Origin: an uncultured Bacteroidales bacterium
GTDB taxonomy: Bacteria > Bacteroidota > Bacteroidia > Bacteroidales > F082
Direction of reading: 5' to 3'
DNA length: 64,000 nt
NCBI GenBank assembly: GCA_937896895.1
Contig: CALBNV010000078.1
Span: 1,408-65,407 of the forward strand
Both the position numbers and the translations under genes were made by a program. Numbering within the stretch: the stretch's first letter is position 1; every line of letters starts with the position of its first letter. Under the pieces are notes generated by a model. That model was not told the origin of the DNA and made no database searches. It worked only from the letters and a program-made list of their open reading frames with translations. Below are positions 21,713-28,918 of this stretch, piece by piece.

Positions 21713-21798
21713 AAGAAGAAAGCACGTCTTCGGGATTTTCGGAGATGTGCTTTAAAATCGTTTGAATTAGAAATTTAAAATATTGTGAATCAACGGAA

Positions 21799-22149
21799 AT
21801 GAATAAATTAAACATCTATTATTGCTCCAAATGCGGCAATGTCGGCATTACCTACGGCAAACCGTCAATTGAATGCTGCGGAAGCAAAATCGAACCCGTG
21901 TTCATTGAAAATGGAAACACGACTCCTGCCATCACGGAGATGGATGGCGAATACCTTTTGGAATACACTTGCCCGATGACAAAGGACGACTATATTGCCG
22001 CTGTCGTGTCGGAACGTTACGACCGTATTGAGCTCATCCGTCTGTTTCCCGAACAGGCCGCAGAGGTGCGCGTGGCGCAAGTGAAAGGAACGAAGATTTA
22101 CACCGTATTTTGCCGACATGGTAAAGTGTGGTGTGAGGTAATGAAATAA
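21799..22149 (+). CDS. small Cys-rich (CxxC...CC) protein, desulforedoxin/zinc-ribbon-like N-terminus; function unknown
   Basis: 116 aa, starting MNKLNIYYCSKCGNVGITYGKPSIECCGSKIEP. Assignment is weak. Confidence 0.35.
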   Translation: MNKLNIYYCSKCGNVGITYGKPSIECCGSKIEPVFIENGNTTPAITEMDGEYLLEYTCPMTKDDYIAAVVSERYDRIELIRLFPEQAAEVRVAQVKGTKIYTVFCRHGKVWCEVMK

Positions 22150-22166
22150 TCTAAAACATTGAAACC

Positions 22167-23069
22167 ATGAACATTCGTTTAGAACAACCTGAAGATTACC
22201 GCGAGGTGGAGAACCTCACCCGCGAGGCATTTTGGAACGTCTATTGCCCCGGATGCAAGGAGCATTTCGTGCTCAACCAATATCGAAGCAACCCCGACTT
22301 CATTCCGGAACTCGATTTCGTGATGGAAGAAGACGGAAAAATCATCGGCCACGTGATGTTTTCCAAAGCCGAAATCGTGAAGACTGACGGCTCGCCTTTC
22401 TCGGCCTGGACTTTCGGTCCCATCAGCATTCATCCCGACTACAAGCGCAAAGGCTACGGCCTTAAACTGCTTCAATATTCCATCGGGAAAGCCAAAGAGA
22501 TGGGCGTCGGCGTGCTGTGCATGGAAGGCAACATCGACTTCTACAAACATGCCGGTTTTGTCTTGGCCAGCAGTTTGAAAATCCATTATCACGGCGAACC
22601 TATTGAAAGTGAAGTGTCGTATTTTTTAGCTCAGGAAATCATTCCGGGCTACCTGAACGGAGTCGAAGGCACATATCATACGCCGGAAGGTTATTTCGTG
22701 TGCGATGAAAAACCGGAAGCATTCGCGGCATACGAAGCGACTTTTCCCGCCAAGGAGAAACATCTGCAAGAGGGTCAACTGCCGCAATTCTGCCAGAGTT
22801 GCGGCATGCCTCTCGGCAAAGACGGAGACTGCGGCAGGGAAACCGACGGCAGCATCAACTTCGACTATTGCCAGTTCTGCTACAGGGACGGCAAGTTCAC
22901 GCAGGACTGCAGCATGGAGGAGATGATCGAACATTGTTCGCAATTCGTAGACGAGGTAAACAAACACATGCCCAAACCCATGACACGTGAAGAGTACAAA
23001 CAAATGATGCACGGCTATTTCCCGATGCTGAAACGTTGGAAACGAAAAACACAGAACAACCAGCAATGA
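22167..23069 (+). CDS. GNAT family N-acetyltransferase fused to a C-terminal zinc-ribbon domain
   Basis: GNAT core (HPDYKRKGYGLKLLQY), then CQSCGMPL...DYCQFCYRDGKF. The stop overlaps the next start (ATGA). Confidence 0.75.
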   Translation: MNIRLEQPEDYREVENLTREAFWNVYCPGCKEHFVLNQYRSNPDFIPELDFVMEEDGKIIGHVMFSKAEIVKTDGSPFSAWTFGPISIHPDYKRKGYGLKLLQYSIGKAKEMGVGVLCMEGNIDFYKHAGFVLASSLKIHYHGEPIESEVSYFLAQEIIPGYLNGVEGTYHTPEGYFVCDEKPEAFAAYEATFPAKEKHLQEGQLPQFCQSCGMPLGKDGDCGRETDGSINFDYCQFCYRDGKFTQDCSMEEMIEHCSQFVDEVNKHMPKPMTREEYKQMMHGYFPMLKRWKRKTQNNQQ

Positions 23070-23599
23070 ACATATTGATCTTATCAGGAAGTCCACGGAT
23101 CGGGGGTAACACCGACCGGCTTGTGGAAGCTTTTGCAAATGGGGCTTCAAAAAAACACCACGTCGAAGTCATTCCGGTACACGGATACAAGGTAAATCCA
23201 TGCATGGGATGCAACGTATGCTTCGGAAATGAAGGAAACCTCTGTTGTCAGAATGACGACATGCAAAAAATTTATGGAAAAATGGAACAGGCCGACATGC
23301 TTGTACTGGCTTCACCCGTGTATTTCTACGGTTTGAGTGCCCAAATGAAAGCCGTAATCGACCGCTTGCACAACCCGATACGCGACACCTTCAAAATAAA
23401 GAAAACGGCATTGCTTCTGGTGGGTGCCGCTTCATTGCCGGAACTTTTCGACAGCATCATCGCCCAATACCGGCTTTGTGTGAAATTCTTCAAATTGGAA
23501 GACATGGGCCATGTACTGGTACGAGGAGTAAGGGAAAAAGGGGACATTGTAAACACGACGGCTTTGCAGGAAGCCCTGAAATTAGGACAGAATATATGA
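23066..23599 (+). CDS. flavodoxin-like/NADPH-dependent FMN reductase family protein (iron-sulfur flavoprotein-like)
   Basis: Starts MNILILSGSPRIGGNTDRL, with a PCMGCNVC cysteine cluster. I prefer the start at 23066, which forms an ATGA overlap with the upstream gene. Confidence 0.8.
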   Translation: MNILILSGSPRIGGNTDRLVEAFANGASKKHHVEVIPVHGYKVNPCMGCNVCFGNEGNLCCQNDDMQKIYGKMEQADMLVLASPVYFYGLSAQMKAVIDRLHNPIRDTFKIKKTALLLVGAASLPELFDSIIAQYRLCVKFFKLEDMGHVLVRGVREKGDIVNTTALQEALKLGQNI

Positions 23600-23997
23600 A
23601 AACGAGACTTTTATTCATAGCGACATTCGCGTTGCTGCTGGGTTGCAGCCGCGACAGAACCGAATACGAAATACGGTATTGTTTCGACAACACCGACATG
23701 CATTCCGATTTTCTGGAAGCCTACGAACTCACGAGCGACACCACCGGAAACGGCAAATGGCGGAGCGAAAGGCACCATCTGGACACCGTGATAACCGACG
23801 GTGACACTGTGGAATGGGCCTCCGGCACCCTGAAGGACGTGGCACGCGGGAACTGCGTGGCACTGCTGATCAACACATCGGGGTGGAGGGCATGCGGTGG
23901 AGGAAACTACAAGCTCGACACTATTTTTCACCTCAAAAAAGGTGAGGACAACTACATCTACATCACCCCGTCATTTGAATGGAAAAACAGATATTGA
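23596..23997 (+). CDS. hypothetical lipoprotein
   Basis: Has a lipobox (MKTRLLFIATFALLLGCS) from ATG 23596. The start overlaps the previous stop. Confidence 0.6.
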   Translation: MKTRLLFIATFALLLGCSRDRTEYEIRYCFDNTDMHSDFLEAYELTSDTTGNGKWRSERHHLDTVITDGDTVEWASGTLKDVARGNCVALLINTSGWRACGGGNYKLDTIFHLKKGEDNYIYITPSFEWKNRY

Positions 23998-24027
23998 GCA
24001 AGGAAACAGCACAAAAAGAAGAAAATC

Positions 24028-24582
24028 ATGAACCTGGGCAATAAAATTTTGGAAACACAAAGATTGATACTCCGTCCGTGGCGCGAGGACGATGCGGAAG
24101 CACTTTACAAGTACGCCTCCGACCCCGAAGTAGGGCCGCGTGCCGGCTGGCCGCCGCACCAAAGCGTAGAGGAGAGCCGCGAAATCATCAACGGAATATT
24201 CAGCGGTGAAGGCATGTGGGCGGTGGAATTAAAGGAAACCGGCGAACCGATCGGCTGCGTGGGTTATCTGCCGTCCTCGGCCTCGAATCTGCCGATTGCC
24301 GACGACGAAGCCGAAGTAGGTTATTGGATTGCCAAACCATATTGGAACCAAGGCATCTGCACCGAGGCCATGAAAGCTGTCGTTGATTATTGTTTTGAAG
24401 TGAAGGGCTTCACGCGTCTTTGGGGCGATTATTTCCCGGAAAATCCAGCTTCCGGCAGAGTGATGGAAAAATGCGGGTTTTCCGACACCGGAAGGACAAC
24501 CACCTGCCCCAACCTTGAAGTTGGCGGCGACCGTCCGGTGAGAATCATGAGTCTGTCGCAAAATGAGGGAAAACAAATATGA
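24028..24582 (+). CDS. GNAT family N-acetyltransferase (RimJ/RimL-like)
   Basis: 184 aa (LILRPWREDDAEALYKYASDPEV...WNQGICTEAMKAVVDY). Confidence 0.8.
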   Translation: MNLGNKILETQRLILRPWREDDAEALYKYASDPEVGPRAGWPPHQSVEESREIINGIFSGEGMWAVELKETGEPIGCVGYLPSSASNLPIADDEAEVGYWIAKPYWNQGICTEAMKAVVDYCFEVKGFTRLWGDYFPENPASGRVMEKCGFSDTGRTTTCPNLEVGGDRPVRIMSLSQNEGKQI

Positions 24583-25139
24583 ATACCTTCTACACAAACG
24601 ACCGCGCTGAATGGCGCAAATGGCTCGGCGAGCATTTCGAGACGGAGAAAGAAATCTGGTTCGTCTTTCCCGTGAAGGCGGCGGAAGAGGGGAGCCTTTC
24701 CTACAACGATATGGTGGAGGAAGCACTTTGTTTCGGTTGGATTGACAGTACAATCAAGCACATCGACCCAACCCATCGGGCGCAGCGCATCACGCCGCGC
24801 AATCCGAAAAGCACGTATTCACGTCCCAACATCGAGCGGCTGATCTGGCTTGACGCACACAATTTGATTCATCCGAAAGTCAGGCCTTCGGTGCTGCCTT
24901 TGATTCAGACACCATTCCTTTTTCCGGAGGATATTCTTGCGGAAATCAGGAAAGACGAGGAAACATGGAAAAATTACGGCAACTTTTCGGAGCCTTACCG
25001 GCGCATCCGGGTTGCCTATATTGATGCAGCACGCAAGCGTCCGGAGGAATTTCAGAAACGATTGGAAAATTTTATCCAGAAAACAAAAGAAAACAAAATC
25101 ATACAAGGTTATGGCGGAATCGAAAAATATTACAAGTGA
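24579..25139 (+). CDS. YdeI/OmpD-associated family protein
   Basis: 186 aa with the EWRKWL...EALCFGWIDS...RITPRNPKSTYS pattern. It has an ATGA overlap with the upstream GNAT gene. Confidence 0.7.
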   Translation: MNTFYTNDRAEWRKWLGEHFETEKEIWFVFPVKAAEEGSLSYNDMVEEALCFGWIDSTIKHIDPTHRAQRITPRNPKSTYSRPNIERLIWLDAHNLIHPKVRPSVLPLIQTPFLFPEDILAEIRKDEETWKNYGNFSEPYRRIRVAYIDAARKRPEEFQKRLENFIQKTKENKIIQGYGGIEKYYK

Positions 25140-25143
25140 GAAA

Positions 25144-25767
25144 ATGAAACAAGAGATAAATCCCCAAGAAACAACGCGAGCTCAAGCCTTTAGTTTTTGG
25201 ATGTCGTCGCCCATGCCAATGGTGACTTTGGTGAAGACCATCGACGTCTCTCGATTGGTGAAAGTAAGCAAACGGAAACATCTGTCGTTCAACATGTTGA
25301 TGTGCTGGTGCATCGGCAAGGCGGCGAGTCAAATTGAAGAGTTTTATAAGTTACCAGAAAACGGCAAGTTTTATCAATACGACCAATTGGCCGTCAATGT
25401 GATTGTCAACAATAAAAATGGCGGAATCAACTCATGCGACATAGCCTTCACAAATGATTTGTTGCAATTCAGTAAGGATCATGCTGAATTAACGCGAAAA
25501 ACAACTGACGAATGCAAGAGCTTTTTCCTCGAAGACAAGATGGTTGTGGGCACATCGGCCATGATTGACACCGAACTCGACTGCATTGTAAATCAATATA
25601 CTGAGCAATTCTGCAATCCGATGGTGATGTGGGGGAAATATCGGAAAGGATTATTCAAAACAATGTTGCCGGTGTCATTTCAGTTTCATCATGTTCAAAT
25701 GGATGGCGGTCATGGTGCTCGATTTTTGGAGAATTTACAGGCGGAAATCAGAAAGTTTTTGACATGA
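25144..25767 (+). CDS. chloramphenicol acetyltransferase-like (CAT family) protein
   Basis: 207 aa from ATG 25144, with the CAT-type catalytic motif FQFHHVQMDGGHGARF near the C-terminus. Confidence 0.7.
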   Translation: MKQEINPQETTRAQAFSFWMSSPMPMVTLVKTIDVSRLVKVSKRKHLSFNMLMCWCIGKAASQIEEFYKLPENGKFYQYDQLAVNVIVNNKNGGINSCDIAFTNDLLQFSKDHAELTRKTTDECKSFFLEDKMVVGTSAMIDTELDCIVNQYTEQFCNPMVMWGKYRKGLFKTMLPVSFQFHHVQMDGGHGARFLENLQAEIRKFLT

Positions 25768-25872
25768 AATATATTGTGCGACATGGTTGAAAAGAAAGAT
25801 ACATTTATGGCAAAACGTTTCGGATGTTCGTCAGGAGACACTAATCTGTCGGCGGAGCTGTTGTTGGAGAAT

Positions 25873-25925
25873 AAGCCGAAACTTGTCCAAAATGCCGAAA
25901 AAAACGCAGGTTTGGACAAGTTTTG
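25873..25925. repeat. 53-bp repeat element, copy A (internal 13-bp palindrome)
   Basis: AAGCCGAAACTTGTCCAAAATGCCGAAAAAAACGCAGGTTTGGACAAGTTTTG. It is 50/53 identical to 27451-27503 in the same orientation. Arms AAACTTGTCCAAA and TTTGGACAAGTTT are inverted repeats. Confidence 0.9.
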
Positions 25926-25984
25926 ACTTGACTGATTAATTGTTGTATATGTTGTAACTTGTTTCTAATCAAATATTTAATGTT

Positions 25985-27403
25985 TTAATAAAACAAATCA
26001 TCAAGTACAACATTGTTGGCTGAAATTTCAGAATACATGTTTGTTTTTGTTCCGTATGTTGTTATAATTGTTATTTGGAATCCCTTGCGTTGCTTGGTTT
26101 CCGACATGAATGTTTCGGCACGGTGTATGATTTTGTTGTATTCATCTTTTTGAAGAGAATATTCGTTTCTGGAGAATTTGATTTCACAGATGCTGATGAT
26201 GCCGTCTGCTCTGTCGATTATCAAGTCTATTTGGGCGGACGGTTCGGTGGATGTGCTGCGCCAGGAATAATATTCGGTGTGGATTCTGTCCAAGTGCATT
26301 GCGGAAAGAATCTGGTCGATGTGGCACATGCAGACTCGTTCGTATGCAAGGCCGTAGAATGTGCTGATTTGCGGCGATCCGATTTTGTTGCTCCAGAAAT
26401 GCTTGTCGGTGCTTGGCTTCTTGCAAAAGGCATTATGGAATACCGTGTAGAAATCAATCATCTGGTAGATGCCGCCATTGTGTTTTGTGCCGTTGTTGTA
26501 CATTCTTATGAAGTCGCAATATTGCAAGTCATCGAGCATGCGTGTTAGGTTGCCGCTTGTGGGTATGTTGAGTTTCTCTGAAATTTCGTTGCGTGTAAGT
26601 CCTTTCTTGTGTTCGCATAGAAGCCTGATTATTTCCATGTAACCGTTGGGATTCTTGTATAAAGAACTGAATAGGCGGCTGTATTCGTCTTTCATTTCAG
26701 CCTCATCGCCGAAAAACAGTCTGTCGATATTGTTTGCCACACTGTCGTTGAAATCGATTTTGCTCAGATAATACGGTATGCCCCCCGTTGTCATAAACAT
26801 CTGAAGCATGTCCATTCTTGTCCAGCATGTCTTGTGGTTTTTCGCGTAGAGTTCTACTTGTTTCAATGTGAAAGGACGCAGGTGGATGCTGTGGGTTATT
26901 CTGTTGTGAAGGCCGCCTTTGTTGTTCACAATGTTTCTGAGCATCCACGATGTCGCCGAGCCGCAGACGACAAACATCATGTTGTCCATCCATGAAGCTT
27001 TTCCGTTCCAGAAATAGTCGAGGGCGTGCGTGAAGCCTGAATGTTGGGTGTCGAAGCAGGGGAGTTCATCGATGAACACGACGATTCTTCCGTTTCGTCT
27101 TTTCTTTTTTGCAAGCAATGATGCAAGGACGTCGAACATGTCAATCCATGTCTTGGGTCTCGCTCCTGAATATCCGTGTGTCCGCAAGGCTGAAAAGAAT
27201 GCACTCATTTCCTCTTCCCGGTTGCCGTCGATGATGCCAGTCGCGTAAAAGTCGAATTTGTCCTCAAAGTATTGTCTTACAAGGAAGGTCTTGCCAACTC
27301 TTCGTCTGCCGAATAAAGCAATGAATTCCGCTTTTCCGCTTGATTTGAAATTGTCGAGCAATTCAAATTCTCGTTCTCGCCCTATTATCTTTTCCATTGT
27401 CAT
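25985..27403 (-). CDS. AAA-type ATP-binding protein (archaeal-ATPase/DUF234-like orphan ATPase)
   Basis: 472 aa with Walker A GRRRVGKT and Walker B VVFIDELP. A winged-helix-like segment sits near residue 270. A TATCTTTG -7 box (complement of 27425-27432) lies 22 nt upstream of the ATG. Confidence 0.75.
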   Translation of the reverse strand: MTMEKIIGREREFELLDNFKSSGKAEFIALFGRRRVGKTFLVRQYFEDKFDFYATGIIDGNREEEMSAFFSALRTHGYSGARPKTWIDMFDVLASLLAKKKRRNGRIVVFIDELPCFDTQHSGFTHALDYFWNGKASWMDNMMFVVCGSATSWMLRNIVNNKGGLHNRITHSIHLRPFTLKQVELYAKNHKTCWTRMDMLQMFMTTGGIPYYLSKIDFNDSVANNIDRLFFGDEAEMKDEYSRLFSSLYKNPNGYMEIIRLLCEHKKGLTRNEISEKLNIPTSGNLTRMLDDLQYCDFIRMYNNGTKHNGGIYQMIDFYTVFHNAFCKKPSTDKHFWSNKIGSPQISTFYGLAYERVCMCHIDQILSAMHLDRIHTEYYSWRSTSTEPSAQIDLIIDRADGIISICEIKFSRNEYSLQKDEYNKIIHRAETFMSETKQRKGFQITIITTYGTKTNMYSEISANNVVLDDLFY

Positions 27404-27450
27404 TCAATGTTTTGAAACAGGCTGCAAAGATAATGAAATTATTTTACATA

Positions 27451-27503
27451 AAGCCGAAACTTGTCCAAAATGCCTAAAAAAACGCAAGTTTGGACAGGTT
27501 TTG
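27451..27503. repeat. 53-bp repeat element, copy B
   Basis: AAGCCGAAACTTGTCCAAAATGCCTAAAAAAACGCAAGTTTGGACAGGTTTTG, a direct repeat of 25873-25925. Confidence 0.9.
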
Positions 27504-27845
27504 CCGGATTGGATTATGTCATGAATGTAAATTTAATTGAAAAATCCGGTTTGTTTTTGTTTTGTCTTGATAAAAATTCATGTATTTGCCGTGTCATACT
27601 GAAAATATGACAAAACATATATAAAAGCGTTTTGCTTTATTTCTTCTGCTTGAAAATTTGGCGATTTAAAAGTAAATGAAGAAAAATAAGTAAGATGTTC
27701 ATGCTTTGTGCGTGAGCTTTACTTGTTTCTGTATTAACTGGGTCACGCCAAATACCTCAAGCAGCGGAAACGAGTTGAGTTTCACGCTTTTTTTGTGCTT
27801 TGTCGGAAACAAGATGACAAAATACTGAAGCAAAAACTTTGTGAT

Positions 27846-28223
27846 ATGTCAACGTCAAACGAACGTATCATCTTGAACATCGGGAAGAGAATGGTTAAGG
27901 TTGCCGTGCATGAAATCCTGTATGTTGTCTGCGAAGACTACATCTGTTCTTTGACTGTGTCAGACGGTAGGACATATCAGGTTTCACGTTCATTGCAGTC
28001 TGTCCATGAGGAGTTGGACGGTTGTGGATTTCAGTACATCAGCCGAGATGTGCTGGTAAACATGCACCATGTAGTGGAGCTTCAGCGCACATCTGCCAGA
28101 AAATGGTGCGCCAAAATGAGCGACGGAAGCGTGTTTTTCGTTGCTTCGAGGCGGCAGAAAGGCTTCATGGAGGCATTTCTGACTACACGTTCACGAGCGA
28201 ATACGACACGCTCACGTGAGTAA
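27846..28223 (+). CDS. stand-alone LytTR-domain DNA-binding protein (no receiver domain)
   Basis: 125 aa from ATG 27846. The LytTR pattern is VAVHEILYVVCEDYICSLTVSDGRTYQVSRSLQSVHEEL...FQYISRDVLVNMHHV. The track start at 27795 is a GTG. Confidence 0.75.
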   Translation: MSTSNERIILNIGKRMVKVAVHEILYVVCEDYICSLTVSDGRTYQVSRSLQSVHEELDGCGFQYISRDVLVNMHHVVELQRTSARKWCAKMSDGSVFFVASRRQKGFMEAFLTTRSRANTTRSRE

Positions 28224-28237
28224 ACCTACACGCTCAC
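28185..28237 (+). promoter_or_regulatory. three phased 10-bp direct repeats (ACACGTTCAC, ACACGCTCAC, ACACGCTCAC): candidate LytTR operator
   Basis: Repeats sit at 28185-28194, 28206-28215 and 28228-28237, in 21/22-bp phasing. The last two are separated by a 12-bp spacer. The same pair recurs at 37256-37287. Confidence 0.55.
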
Positions 28238-28606
28238 GAAAAATAATGACACAGTTGTATTTTGTCGATTGAAAACATTTATTTTTGGGGAAGTAAGATT
28301 CGCAGACAATATTTTTTGAATGTCGCTGTTAGTAACATGTTATTTGCAGTCTCATTCAGAATGTGGTTGGTAAAAACGTAAACATGAATGAAATTTGCAA
28401 AATAATAACCTTGACAAACATCTGGAGGCTCGGGAAAAACAACTTCAGCAGGTTGGTGCCTCGTCGGATGGATGATGCAGAGATGCTCTCTGACGACGTT
28501 CCTGATTTGTTGGCAGGCAGTGATCGGGAAACCAGAGATGGCAGGCAAAAGGCAGCCAATAATTAAAATTATACATAAAAATTGTCGAAATAATAAATTT
28601 GGAAAT

Positions 28607-28855
28607 ATGAAAAAAGACAAATTGATTCAAGAGTTTGAAAACTTGAAAATTGAAAATGCCAATAGCTTTGTTGGTGGTAAACATAATGAAAACTTTTGCG
28701 ATCGTGAAATATATGCATGGACCGCTGATCCCAACGGACCAGCAGGAAATGGGCAAATGGATCCAACTGGCAGATACCAACAGGTGTTCGATTTGGACCC
28801 CACAACCAATGATACAATTGTAGGAGACACAATTTCAAACCGTCCCAGGTGGTAA
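28607..28855 (+). CDS. RiPP precursor peptide with double-glycine leader
   Basis: 82 aa. The leader is MKKDKLIQEFENLKIENANSFVGG, with hydrophobic residues at -4, -12 and -15. The 58-aa core is rich in Asp and Thr. The cognate C39-ABC exporter and maturases lie downstream. Confidence 0.75.
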   Translation: MKKDKLIQEFENLKIENANSFVGGKHNENFCDREIYAWTADPNGPAGNGQMDPTGRYQQVFDLDPTTNDTIVGDTISNRPRW

Positions 28856-28870
28856 TTTTAATTTTTACGA

Positions 28871-28900
28871 TTGCGTTGGGCGATATTTCGCCCAACGCAA
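28871..28900 (+). terminator. perfect 12-bp stem-loop just after the precursor gene (attenuator or transcript-stabilising hairpin)
   Basis: TTGCGTTGGGCG-ATATTT-CGCCCAACGCAA starts 16 nt after the precursor stop codon. Only TTT follows, so it is probably a leaky terminator. Confidence 0.5.
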
Positions 28901-28918
28901 TTTGACAGATACTCCACC

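Noticed and set aside
28279-28620. 113-aa minus-strand ORF with a hydrophobic N-terminus, and a 67-aa + strand ORF (28363-28566), considered as a possible membrane inhibitor or partner of the LytTR regulator
   Set aside because: The minus-strand ORF starts inside the precursor gene and runs against the operon. Neither ORF has a promoter box, a convincing start context or recognisable similarity. The region is kept only as an unexplained leader (see findings).
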